From Eledone cirrhosa (taxonomy: Eukaryota), in contig OZ024743.1 in assembly GCA_964016885.1 (NCBI GenBank), positions 296,484,001 to 296,548,000 of the forward strand: DNA of 64,000 nt, read 5' to 3'. Positions 1 through 13,759 of the stretch are shown here, piece after piece. Position numbers and translations under genes: made by a program. The first letter of the stretch is position 1. Each line of letters opens with the position of its first letter. The notes beneath the pieces are model-generated. The model had not been told where the DNA came from. It saw only the letters and a list, made by a program, of their open reading frames with translations, and ran no database searches.

Positions 1-742
1 ATACATTTTTCGGGGACACCATATATATATATACCGGGTTCCCTAAAAATGTATACACCATTCTAATATATATGTTGCCTGTACAAGTATTCAAAGTGTG
101 TATACATTTTTCGGGGACACCATATATATATATAACGGCGTCCCAAAAATGTATACACCATTCTAATATATATATTGCCTGTACAGGTAATCAAAGTGTG
201 TATACATTTTTCGGGGACACCATATATATATATATACCGGTGTCCCTAAAAATGTATACACCATTCTAATATATATATTGCCTGTACAGGTAATCAAAGT
301 GTGTAAACATTTTTCCGGGACACCATATATATATATATATACCGGTGTCCCTAAAAATGTATACACCATTCTAATATATATATTGCCTGTACAGGTAATC
401 AAAGTGTTTATACATTTTTCGGGGACACCATATATATACCGGTGTCAATAAAAATGTATACACCATTCTAATATATATATTGCCGGTACAGGTAATCAAA
501 GTGTGTATAAATTTTTCGGGGACACCATATATATATATACCGGTGTCCCTAAAAATGTATACACCATTCTAACATATATACATATTGCCTGTACAGGTAA
601 TCAAAGTGTGTATACATTTTTCCGGGACACCATATATATATATATATATATACCGGTGTCCCTAAAAATGTATACACCATTCTAATATATATATATTACC
701 GGTACAGGTAATCAATGTGTGTATACATTTTTCGGGGACACC

Positions 743-775
<33 letters not shown>

Positions 776-1474
776 GGGGTCCCTAAAAATGTATACACCA
801 TTCTAATATATATATTGCCTGTACAGGTAATCAAAGAGTGTATACATTTTTCGGGGACACCATATATATATATATATAAATACCGGGGTCCCTAAGAATG
901 TATACACCATTCTAATATATATATTGCCTGTACAGGTAATCAAAGTATGTATACATTTTTCGGGGACACCATATATATATATATATACCAGGTTCCCTAA
1001 AAATGTATACACCATTCTAATATATATGTTGCCTGTACAAGTAATCAAAGTGTGTATACATTTTTCGGGGACACCATATATATATATAACGGTGTCCCAA
1101 AAATGTATACACCATTCTAATATATATATTGCCTGTACAGGTAATCAAAGTGTGTATACATTTTTCGAGGACACCATATATATATACCGGGGTCCCTAAA
1201 AATGTATACACTATTCTAATATGTATATTATCTGTACAGGTAATCAAAGAGTGTATACATTTTTCGGGGACACCATATATATATATACCGGGGTCCCTAA
1301 AAATGTATACACCATTCTAATATATATATTGCCTGTACAAGTATTCAAAGTGTGTATACATTTTTCGGGCACACCATATATATATATATACCGGTGTCCC
1401 TAAAAATGTATACACCATTCTAATATATATATTGCCTGTACAGGTAATCAAAGTGTGTATACATTTTTCGGGGA

Positions 1475-1509
<35 letters not shown>

Positions 1510-2947
1510 GGGTTCCCTAAAAATGTATACACCATTCTAATATATATATTACTTGTACTGATAATCAAAGTGTGTATACATTTTTCGGGTGCACCATATA
1601 TATACCGGGGTCCCTAAAAATGTATACACCGTTCTAATATATATATTGACTGTACAGGTAATCAAAGTGTGTATACATTTTTCGGGGACACCATATATGT
1701 ATATATATACCGGGGTCCCTAAAAATGTATACACCATTCTAATATATATATTGCCTGTACAGATAATCAAAGTGTGTAAAGATTTTTCGGGGACACCATA
1801 TATATATATATACCGGGGTCCCTAAAAATGTATACACCATTCTAATATATATATTGCCTGTACAGCTAATCAAAGTGTGTATACAATTTTCGGGGACACC
1901 ATATATATATATATATACCGGGGTCCCTAAAAATGTATACACCATTCTAATATATATATTGCCTGTACAGGTAATCAAAGAGTGTATACATTTTTCGGGG
2001 ACACCATATATATATATATACCGGTGTCCCTAAAATTGTATACACCATTCTAATATATATACATATTGCCTGTGCAGGTAATCAAAGTGTGTATACATTT
2101 TTCGGGGACACCATACATATATATATATATACCGGGGTCCCTAAAAATGTATACACCATTCTAATATATATATTGCCTGTACAGATAATCAAAATGTGTA
2201 TACATTTTTCGGGGACACCATATATATATATATATATATACCGGGGTCCGTAAAAATGTATACACCATTCTAATATATATATTGCCTGTACAGATAATCA
2301 AAATGTGTATACATTTTTCCGGGACACCATATATATATATATATATATATATACCGGGGTCCCTAAAAATCTATACACCATTCTAATATATATATTGACT
2401 TTACAGATAATCAAAGTGTGTACACATTTTTCGGGGACACCATATATATATATATACCGGGTTCCCTAAAAATGTGTACACCATTCTAATATATATGTTG
2501 CCTGTACAAGTATTCAAAGTGTGTATACATTTTTCGGGGACACCATATATATATATAACGGCGTCCCAAAAATGTATACACCATTCTAATATATATATTG
2601 CCTGTACAGGTAATCAAAGTGTGTATACATTTTTCGGGGACACCATATATATATATACCGGTGTCCCTAAAAATGTATACACCATTCTAATATATATGTT
2701 GCCTGTACAGGTAATCAAAGTGTGTATACATTTTTCCGGGACACCATATAAATATATATATACCAGGGTCCCTAAAAATGTATACACCATTCTAAATATA
2801 TATTGCCTGTACAGGTAATCAAAGTGTGTATACATTTTTCGGGGACACCATATTTATATATACCGCTGTCCCTAAAAATGTATACACCATTCTAATATAT
2901 ATCTTGCCTGTACAGGTAATCCAATGTGTATACATATTTCGGGGACA

Positions 2948-2986
<39 letters not shown>

Positions 2987-3996
2987 GGGGTCCCTAAAAA
3001 TGTATACACCATTCTAATATATATATTGCCTGTACAGGTAATCAAAGTGTGTATACATTTTTCGGGGACACCATATATATATACCAGGGTCCCTAAAAGT
3101 GTATACACCATTCTAATATATATATTGCCTGTACAGGTAATCAAAGTATGTATACATTTTTCGGGGACGCCATATATATATATATACCGGGTTCCCTAAA
3201 AATGTATGCACCATTCTAATATATATGTTGCCTGTACAAGTAATCAAAGTGTGTATACATTTTTCGGGGACACCATATATATATATACCGGGTTCCCTAA
3301 AAATGTATACACCATTCTAATATATATGTTGCCTGTACAAGTATTCAAAGTGTGTATACATTTTTCGGGGACACCATATATATATATAACGGCGTCCCAA
3401 AAATGTATACACCATTCTAATATATATATTGCCTGTACAGGTAATCAAAGTGTGTATACATTTTTCGGGGACACCATATATATATATATACCGGTGTCCC
3501 TAAAAATGTATACACCATTCTAATATATATATTGCCTGTACAGGTAATCAAAGTGTGTAAACATTTTTCCGGGACACCATATATATATATATATACCGGT
3601 GTCCCTAAAAATGTATACACCATTCTAATATATATATTGCCTGTACAGGTAATCAAAGTGTTTATACATTTTTCGGGGACACCATATATATACCGGTGTC
3701 AATAAAAATGTATACACCATTCTAATATATATATTGCCGGTACAGGTAATCAAAGTGTGTATAAATTTTTCGGGGACACCATATATATATATACCGGTGT
3801 CCCTAAAAATGTATACACCATTCTAACATATATACATATTGCCTGTACAGGTAATCAAAGTGTGTATACATTTTTCCGGGACACCATATATATATATATA
3901 TATATACCGGTGTCCCTAAAAATGTATACACCATTCTAATATATATATATTACCGGTACAGGTAATCAATGTGTGTATACATTTTTCGGGGACACC

Positions 3997-4029
<33 letters not shown>

Positions 4030-4728
4030 GGGGTCCCTAAAAATGTATACACCATTCTAATATATATATTGCCTGTACAGGTAATCAAAGAGTGTATACA
4101 TTTTTCGGGGACACCATATATATATATATATAAATACCGGGGTCCCTAAGAATGTATACACCATTCTAATATATATATTGCCTGTACAGGTAATCAAAGT
4201 ATGTATACATTTTTCGGGGACACCATATATATATATATATACCAGGTTCCCTAAAAATGTATACACCATTCTAATATATATGTTGCCTGTACAAGTAATC
4301 AAAGTGTGTATACATTTTTCGGGGACACCATATATATATATAACGGTGTCCCAAAAATGTATACACCATTCTAATATATATATTGCCTGTACAGGTAATC
4401 AAAGTGTGTATACATTTTTCGAGGACACCATATATATATACCGGGGTCCCTAAAAATGTATACACTATTCTAATATGTATATTATCTGTACAGGTAATCA
4501 AAGAGTGTATACATTTTTCGGGGACACCATATATATATATACCGGGGTCCCTAAAAATGTATACACCATTCTAATATATATATTGCCTGTACAAGTATTC
4601 AAAGTGTGTATACATTTTTCGGGCACACCATATATATATATATACCGGTGTCCCTAAAAATGTATACACCATTCTAATATATATATTGCCTGTACAGGTA
4701 ATCAAAGTGTGTATACATTTTTCGGGGA

Positions 4729-4763
<35 letters not shown>

Positions 4764-6201
4764 GGGTTCCCTAAAAATGTATACACCATTCTAATATATA
4801 TATTACTTGTACTGATAATCAAAGTGTGTATACATTTTTCGGGTGCACCATATATATACCGGGGTCCCTAAAAATGTATACACCGTTCTAATATATATAT
4901 TGACTGTACAGGTAATCAAAGTGTGTATACATTTTTCGGGGACACCATATATGTATATATATACCGGGGTCCCTAAAAATGTATACACCATTCTAATATA
5001 TATATTGCCTGTACAGATAATCAAAGTGTGTAAAGATTTTTCGGGGACACCATATATATATATATACCGGGGTCCCTAAAAATGTATACACCATTCTAAT
5101 ATATATATTGCCTGTACAGCTAATCAAAGTGTGTATACAATTTTCGGGGACACCATATATATATATATATACCGGGGTCCCTAAAAATGTATACACCATT
5201 CTAATATATATATTGCCTGTACAGGTAATCAAAGAGTGTATACATTTTTCGGGGACACCATATATATATATATACCGGTGTCCCTAAAATTGTATACACC
5301 ATTCTAATATATATACATATTGCCTGTGCAGGTAATCAAAGTGTGTATACATTTTTCGGGGACACCATACATATATATATATATACCGGGGTCCCTAAAA
5401 ATGTATACACCATTCTAATATATATATTGCCTGTACAGATAATCAAAATGTGTATACATTTTTCGGGGACACCATATATATATATATATATATACCGGGG
5501 TCCGTAAAAATGTATACACCATTCTAATATATATATTGCCTGTACAGATAATCAAAATGTGTATACATTTTTCCGGGACACCATATATATATATATATAT
5601 ATATATACCGGGGTCCCTAAAAATCTATACACCATTCTAATATATATATTGACTTTACAGATAATCAAAGTGTGTACACATTTTTCGGGGACACCATATA
5701 TATATATATACCGGGTTCCCTAAAAATGTGTACACCATTCTAATATATATGTTGCCTGTACAAGTATTCAAAGTGTGTATACATTTTTCGGGGACACCAT
5801 ATATATATATAACGGCGTCCCAAAAATGTATACACCATTCTAATATATATATTGCCTGTACAGGTAATCAAAGTGTGTATACATTTTTCGGGGACACCAT
5901 ATATATATATACCGGTGTCCCTAAAAATGTATACACCATTCTAATATATATGTTGCCTGTACAGGTAATCAAAGTGTGTATACATTTTTCCGGGACACCA
6001 TATAAATATATATATACCAGGGTCCCTAAAAATGTATACACCATTCTAAATATATATTGCCTGTACAGGTAATCAAAGTGTGTATACATTTTTCGGGGAC
6101 ACCATATTTATATATACCGCTGTCCCTAAAAATGTATACACCATTCTAATATATATCTTGCCTGTACAGGTAATCCAATGTGTATACATATTTCGGGGAC
6201 A

Positions 6202-6240
<39 letters not shown>

Positions 6241-6500
6241 GGGGTCCCTAAAAATGTATACACCATTCTAATATATATATTGCCTGTACAGGTAATCAAA
6301 GTGTGTATACATTTTTCGGGGACACCATATATATATACCAGGGTCCCTAAAAGTGTATACACCATTCTAATATATATATTGCCTGTACAGGTAATCAAAG
6401 TATGTATACATTTTTCGGGGACGCCATATATATATATATACCGGGTTCCCTAAAAATGTATGCACCATTCTAATATATATGTTGCCTGTACAAGTAATCA
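1..6500. repeat. 3,254-bp higher-order duplication within the satellite
   Basis: Position 1 matches 3255 onward. The ORF track is identical at offset 3254 (163/3417, 2924/6178), including (TA)n lengths. Confidence 0.93.
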
Positions 6501-8810
6501 AAGTATGTATACATTTTTCGGGGACACCATATATATATATAACGGTGTCCCAAAAATGTATACACCATTCTAATATATATATTGCCTGTACAGGTAATCA
6601 AAGTGTGTATACATTTTTCGAGGACACCATATATATATACCGGGGTCCCTAAAAATGTATACACCATTCTAATATATATATTGCCTGTACAAGTATTCAA
6701 AGTGTGTATACATTTTTAGGGAACACCAGATATATATATATATATACCGGGGTCCCTACAAATGTATACACCATTCTAATATATATATATTGCCTGTACA
6801 GGTAATCAAAGTGTGTATACATTTTTCTGGGACACCATATATATATACGGGGGTCCCTAAAAATGTATACACCATTCTAATATATATATTGCCTGTACAA
6901 GTATTCAAAGTGTGTATACATTTTTCGGGGACACCATATATATATATACCGATGTCCCTAAAAATGTATACACCATTCTAATATATATATTGCCTGTACA
7001 GGTAATCAAAGTGTGTATACATTTTTCGGGGACACCATATATACATATATATATATATATATATACCGGGGTCCCTAAAAATGTATACACCATTCTAATA
7101 TATATATTGCCTGTACTGATAATCAAAGTGTGTATACATTTTTCGGGTACACCATATATATACCAGCGTCCCTATAAATGTATACACCATTCTAATATAT
7201 ATATTGCCTGTACAGGTAATCAAAGTGTGTATACATTTTTCGGGGACACCATATATGTATATATATACCGGGGTCCCTTAAAATGTATATACCATTCTAA
7301 TATATATATTGCCTGTACAAGTATTCAAAGTGTGTATACATTTTTCGGGGACACCATATATATATATACCGATGTCCCTAAAAATGTATACACCATTCTA
7401 ATATATATATTGCCTGTACAGGTAATCAAAGTGTGTATACATTTTTCGGGGACACCATATATATATATATATATATATATATACCGGGGTCCCTAAAAAT
7501 GTATACACCATTCTAATATATATATTGCCTGTACTGATAATCAAAGTGTGTATACATTTTTCGGGTACACCATATATATACCGGCGTCCCTATAAATGTA
7601 TACACCATTCTAATATATATATTGCCTGTACAGGTAATCAAAGTGTGTATACATTTTTCGGGGACACCATATATGTATATATATACCGGGGTCCCTAAAA
7701 ATGTATACACCATTCTAATATATATATTGCCTGTACAGATAATCAAAGTGTGTATACATTTTTCGGGGACACCATATATATATATATACCGGGGTCCCTA
7801 AAAACGGATACACCATTCTAATATATATATTGCATGTACAGGTAATCAAAGTGTGTATACATTTTTCGGGGACACCATATATATATATATATACCGGGGT
7901 TCCTAAAAAATGTATACACCATTCTAATATATATATTGCCTGTACAGGAAATCAAAGTGTGTATACATTTTTCGGGGACACCATATATATACCGGGGTCA
8001 ATAAAAATGTATACACCATTCTAATATATATATTCCCGGTACAGGTAATCAAAGTGTGTATAAATTTTTCGGGGACACCATATATATATATATACCGGTG
8101 TCCCTAAAAATGTATACACCATTCTAATATATATATATATTGCCTGTACAGGTAATCAAAGTGTGTATACATTTTTCGGGGACACCATATATATGTATAT
8201 ACCGGGGTCCCTAAAAATGTATACACCATTCTAATATATATATTGCCTGTACAGATAATCAAAATGTGTATACATTTTTCGGGGACACCATATATATATA
8301 TATATATATGCCGGGGTCCCTAAAAATGTATACACCATTCTAATATATATATTGCCTGTACAGTTAATCAAAGTGTGTATACATTTTTCGGGGACACATA
8401 TATATATATATATATATATATATTCCGGGGTCCCTAAAAATGTATACACCATTCTAATATATATATTGCCTGTACAGGTAATCAAAGTGTGTATACATTT
8501 TTCGGGAACACCATATATATATATATACCGGGGTCCCTAAAAATGTATAAACCATTCTAATATATATATTGCCTGTATAGGTAATCAAAGTGTGTATACA
8601 TTTTTAGGGGACACCATATATATACCGGGGTCCCTAAAAATGTATACACCATTCTAAATATATATTGCCTGTACAGGTAATCAAAGTGTGTATACATTTT
8701 TCGGGGACACCATATTTATATATACCGCTGTCCCTAAAAATGTATACACCATTCTAATATATATCTTGCCTGTACAGGTAATCCAAGTGTGTATACATAT
8801 TTCGGGGACA

Positions 8811-8863
<53 letters not shown>

Positions 8864-9380
8864 TATATACCGGGGTCCCTAAAAATGTATACACCATTCT
8901 AATATATATATTGCCTGTACAGGTAATCAAAGTGTGTATACATTTTTCGGGGACACCATATATATATATATACCCGGGTCCCTAAAAATGTATATACCAT
9001 TCTAATATATATATTGCCTGTACAGGTAATCAAAGTGTGTATACATTTTTCGGGGACACCATATATATATACCAGGGTCCCTAAAAATGTATACACCATT
9101 CTAATATATATATTGCCTGTACAGGTAATCAAAGTATGTATACATTTTTCGGGGACACCATATATATATATATATATATATATATACCGGGGTCCCTAAA
9201 AATGTATACACCATTCTAATATATATGTTGCCTGTACAAGTAATCAAAGTGTGTATACATTTTTCGGGGACTCCATATATATATATATACCGGGGACCCT
9301 AAAAATGTATACACCATCCTAACAAATAATGCATGTATAGGCAATCAAAGTGGGTATAGATTTGGGGGCGACAACCTGTA
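1..9380. repeat. Satellite array of ~100-bp monomers (89-bp core plus variable (TA)n), roughly 90 copies, MITE-like
   Basis: The core CCGGGGTCCCTAAAAATGTATACACCATTCTAATATATATATTGCCTGTACAGGTAATCAAAGTGTGTATACATTTTTCGGGGACACCA repeats head-to-tail. It has ~24-bp terminal inverted repeats. The array runs off the left edge. Confidence 0.97.
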
Positions 9381-9509
9381 TATACACAAATATGAACATA
9401 TATATAGAGAGAAAGTGTGTGCAAGCAAGCAAGCAAGCAAACAATCAAGATTAGAGTTTTAGTAGTATATAGATATGCATACATACACACACACATATAT
9501 ATGTATATA

Positions 9510-9588
<79 letters not shown>

Positions 9589-9904
9589 TGTAGGTTGCTT
9601 TAACCCGTCTTTTATTATTCAAAAAACTTCTTGCCAAGAACGATGGCGAATGAATCTTCGAGGTAAGCAGTTTCCTCCCGAACTGTTTGTTCACGCGGGA
9701 TTCTCTGCTACACCCTTACAAAATGAAAAATAACTGACGTTTCATACACGAGTGAAAGTATAAAGAAAAAAAGATGAAATCGAAAATGCAACTGCAGTCT
9801 TATTTTTTTTTAAATATATATATTTATTTGGTTCCTTTTGCGGTTTCGCAGTTCTTCTGCTTTTCAAAAGTAGAGTTGAGATGGAGGGTCTGTATATTTG
9901 TTAT

Positions 9905-10230
9905 AAGAACAGATTAAAGTTTAAGCAAAGAATCGCTGCTTTCAACATTACCGAGATCTTCAGAAACTAAAAAATTTAATCTGTGAATGCAGAAGTAAAT
10001 AATTCGAGAAACGTTGCAACCGAAGGAAACCAGGAAGACGATATTTTGGTTCGTGAAGACGTTCCCTGGCAATGAACGGAAAAAAGCGAGGATAATACGT
10101 CGTTATGCGGCCCGAGAAGAACAATTTCATGCAAAGACAAGACCAAGTTTATGGTATAAATGGAGTCGTTAGACTAATATTCTATTTAAAATAACCGAAT
10201 GATTTCAGCCCCGGAGTTTAAGAATGATGT
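9905..10230 (-). repeat. Penelope pLTR-like repeat; diverged copy of 45365-45800
   Basis: AACAGATTAAAGTTTAAGCAAAGAATCGCTGCTTTCA... is shared with 45368 onward, which lies downstream of the GIY-YIG ORF. It contains a hammerhead motif. Confidence 0.75.
9918..9968 (-). ncRNA. Type-I hammerhead ribozyme motif (family H1)
   Basis: The minus strand reads AGTTT-CTGAAGA-(weak stem II)-GAAA-GCAGCGA..TTTGC-TT-AAACT. Stems I and III pair. Confidence 0.6.
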
Positions 10231-10429
10231 AAATAAAATTGAAAACGAAAATGAGAGGTTATTAAAATAGTAAATGTAAATAGTGAAGATTTAGGCCAGT
10301 ACATACGTATGCGCCGACGGACATACACATACATATACATACGCACACACAAATACATACACAAACATACACACATACACACATACACACACGCGCGCAT
10401 GACTGTGTGTGTGTAAACCTTATGCATTT

Positions 10430-10852
10430 CTACAGTATTTTCGTATTTTCACCAAACTTAAGACATAGGTTACTGATGTACTCCGGATGGTCATGGGCTC
10501 TTTCATTTTTCCAGATATTGATTATAGGGCTTCCCGGCAGATAACCCCCTTCAACCGCTTCCTTGGAGTCGACTGAAGCACTGCAGTGCAATGCAACAAA
10601 ACGTCATAACTTCTGGAGTTCGCAACCGATTTTCACAAAACTTGACACATGGGCTACGTTTGTTCTACAGATGAATGTGAACTCTCAGAATTGGCACATA
10701 TTGAGTAGGGGGCCCTGGGGGCAGGAAACCCCTTTGGGAAAAAGCCGATGATTTTGTAAAAGTATAGTTTTCGAAGCAGCACTGAAGTATTGACATAAAT
10801 GGTATACATAACTGCTATTTAATACCCGAGCAACGCCGCGTACCTCTGCTAG
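10430..10852 (+). mobile_element. Non-autonomous Helitron (3' end clear, 5' end uncertain)
   Basis: An imperfect hairpin TACCCGAGCAACGCCGCGTA (10823-10842) is followed by CTAG|T at 10849-10853. The same terminus occurs at 37577 on the - strand. Confidence 0.7.
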
Positions 10853-11525
10853 TATTCTATAATTTTAATTACAGACTATGTAGATTTAACGACAGTCAAC
10901 AACAAAATATATTAATTCAGACTACTTAATATTTTAACCAAGCCACACAAATTAACACAAATTAGAAATTTTAACCACCACTCACTAATTAATTTTGCTG
11001 CCAAACATATATATATATATGAGCGAACGCTTATCGCTGTGTGTTTGTATTCATGTCTGCATATGTTTTCATTTGTATGTGTGTATATATGCACATGTGT
11101 GTTGCGTATGTTTGGGTGGCGTGTCTGTGAGTCTATGTGTGTATGATTGTGTGTATTCATGTGACTGCATGCATATTCATTTGTGTACATATGACGTTTA
11201 TAAGTTTCACAATTTATCTCTAAAGCCTTTGTAGAAACTTCACTAACTAATTTAAAGAAATATTTTTACAATCTTTGCTTTTTAAACACATACATGAAAC
11301 AGCTGATGTAACTGAAGCACTTGTAGAAACTAAGTAATTTATAAGAATAATGCTGCAATCTTTCCTTCTTAAGACTGACGAGGTAACTGATACCACAATA
11401 TAAACAGCTGTCAATACTATCTATCTGTCAGACATACTGTAGTTACAAAAGCACTATACGATACTATCCGTAGATATGATAGTATTAAAGGTATATATAT
11501 ATTATATATATATATTATATATATA

Positions 11526-11697
11526 TCAGTAGAGGGTCGGGCGCCATGCTTTGATGCAAAGAGTTACGTCCTTTTACGATCTGAGTTCAAATCCCGCCGA
11601 GGTTAACTTTGCCATTCATCCTTACGGGGTCGATAAAATAAAGTACCAGTAATGTACTGGGTATTTGCTGGCCTTGTGCCAAAAGTAGAAACAATTA
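11526..11697 (+). mobile_element. tRNA-derived SINE (cephalopod-type)
   Basis: It has a B-box GAGTTCAAATCC, the core TTTGCC.TTCATCC..GGGGTCGATAAAATAAAGTACCAG and the tail GGCCTTGTGCC..AGAAACAATTA. Many copies occur in the window. Confidence 0.85.
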
Positions 11698-11727
11698 TAT
11701 ATGTATATTATATATATATTATATATA

Positions 11728-12260
11728 TAATGGTTTCTTATATAGGCACAAGGCCAGCAATTTGGGGGGAGGGGAAAGTCGATTAAATCGACCCCAGTGC
11801 GTGACTAGTACTTTATTTTATCGACCCCGTAAAAATGAAAAGCAAAGTTAACCTCAGCGGGATTTGAACTCAGATCATAAAGGGCCGTAACTCTATGCTG
11901 CAAAGCATGACGTCTGATCCTCTACCGATAGAATGATGATTATAATGGTTTCTTATGTAGACACAAGGCCAGCAATTTTGGGGGGAGGGAAGAGTCGATG
12001 AAATCGACCCCAGTGCGTGACTGGTACTCTATTTTATCGACCCCGTAAGGATGAAAGGCAAAGTTAACCTCGGCGGGTTTTGAACTCAGATCATAAAGGG
12101 CCGTAACTCTATGCGGCAAAGCATGGCGTCCAACCCTCTACCGATACTGCCAATCCACCGCCCTGAATGATGATTATAATGATAATTGTTTCTACTTTAG
12201 GGACAAAGCCAACAATTTCAGGGCAGGGTAAAGATGATTAAATCGACCCCAGTGCATGAC
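11728..12260 (-). mobile_element. Three tandem SINE copies (11728-11930, 11943-12165, partial 12183-12260)
   Basis: These are reverse complements of the same SINE. The second copy keeps the tRNA-like head (TGGCAGTATCGG A-box, GTTCAAAACC B-box). Confidence 0.85.
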
Positions 12261-12760
12261 TTTTAGCCCGTAGAAATTAACTAGACAAATAATCAACTAA
12301 ACGGAGCTAGGTCTAAAATATAAGTTAGAAGAAAAAATGTATATAAACTTAACCAAAATTCCTCTATTTTGGTTAAGTTTATATACATTTTTTCTTCTAA
12401 CTTATATTTTAGACCTAGCTCCGTTTAGTCGATTATTTGTCTAGTTAATTTCTACGGGCTAAAAGGAATGACTAGATAAATTTTATCTGAGTGTTCTCGC
12501 GGAGAATAGTCTCTATCATTTCTTCAGAGTTACATTCTAAACTTATGGCCTCGTTTAAATGACTATTTATGTGGTTGATTTCTACGGACTAGGGAGAGGA
12601 AAGACCGTAAATATTTGATCTAATAATTCTTCAAACTTGCAATTTTATATATAGCTCTGGTTAATGATTACTTGCTTAATTAATTTTTTTCATTGAGCCA
12701 CACCGTGAAAGGTAGCCACACTCATATATGTATCTGTGACTATGTCTAAATATATGTGTA
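12260..12760. repeat. Diverged partial copy of the 743-bp family with a ~100-bp-arm foldback (12260-12465)
   Basis: TAGAAATTAACTAGACAAAT... and CTCATATATGTATCTGTGACTATGTCTAA match 36110 and 36550 (the latter inverted). The palindrome is centred near 12362. Confidence 0.8.
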
Positions 12761-12782
12761 AATATATACATATATCCCTATG

Positions 12783-12839
<57 letters not shown>

Positions 12840-12841
<2 letters not shown>

Positions 12842-13370
12842 GAGGATATATTTAATTTGTTGGGATTCAACAAGCTTAAACATTTTTTTATAACTGATAT
12901 AAAGCACTCAACAGTTTAGTGGAGTAAATATACAATATATTAACAAATGGAAACTATATTTATAAAACCATATTTATTTTATTATACATATTTCAAGGGC
13001 CACCGAGGCAAATTATGGTGCGCTTTCATCAGATAAAATACAATATTTTCTCTCTCCCTCATAATATCACCTTCTTCCAACAGTTTAATTTAAATAAACC
13101 GCTATCTTTTCAACCTTTCGGACACTCATTTGCATGCTCAATCATAACTTTCTATCACCCTCAATAAATGTGATATCTCCACTATCCAGGAAGCTCCAAC
13201 CGTTAGGGTTGTCTTTTTTCAGGGTATGTCAATATTTATTTATAAAAATAATCTGTATTGTATTTTATCTGATGAAAGCGCACCATAATTTGCCTTGGTG
13301 GCCCTTGAAATATGTATAATAAAATAAATATGGTTTTATAAATATAGTTTCCATTTGTTAATATATTGTG
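12840..13370. repeat. Hammerhead-bearing repeat (family H2) with an inverted duplication (12932-13045 vs 13256-13368)
   Basis: It is homologous to 51705-52105 and flanked by (TA)n on both sides. Confidence 0.8.
13261..13326 (+). ncRNA. Minimal type-I hammerhead ribozyme (H2); inverted twin at 12975-13040 (-)
   Basis: It reads TATTTTAT-CTGATGA-AAGCGCACC..GGTGGCCCTT-GAAA-TATGT-ATA-ATAAAATA. Stem I has 8 bp, stem III is short, and the triplet is AUA. Confidence 0.75.
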
Positions 13371-13490
13371 TATATATATATATATATATATATGTATGCA
13401 TATATATATATATGTATATATATATGTATATATATATATGTATATATATATGTATATATATATGTATATATATATATGTATATATATATG

Positions 13491-13525
<35 letters not shown>

Positions 13526-13604
13526 ATACATACATATATTAAGCTGTAAATATAATCAATATAGTGTATTAACGTATTAACTGGCTTATTAATGTATACA
13601 GTGA

Positions 13605-13691
13605 GTTTATTTGCCCTAGGTGTCAGGAAGGCACTTGGCAAAAAACGGAAACAATACTGAAGGAAGAGGAAACACAAACAACAACAACAAC

Positions 13692-13757
<66 letters not shown>
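13605..13757 (+). repeat. Probable 3' tail remnant of a third R4/Dong family, followed by a (CAA)n(AAT)n tract
   Basis: It contains the same 7-bp-stem/5-nt-loop hairpin (13618-13636) as the 3' ends of the Dong A and B elements and ends in an AAT microsatellite. Confidence 0.5.

Positions 13758-13759
<2 letters not shown>

Noticed and set aside
72-9199. Dozens of short ORFs in the satellite
   Set aside because: They are translations of the repeat monomer, with frames that shift with TA length.
1-9380. CRISPR-like appearance of the palindromic repeat array
   Set aside because: There are no unique spacers, only (TA)n length variation, and no cas genes. The context is eukaryotic.
11375-11415. 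CTGACGA..AAACAGCTGTC hammerhead-like motif
   Set aside because: The GAAA box is lost and stem I does not pair, so it is at best a decayed relic.
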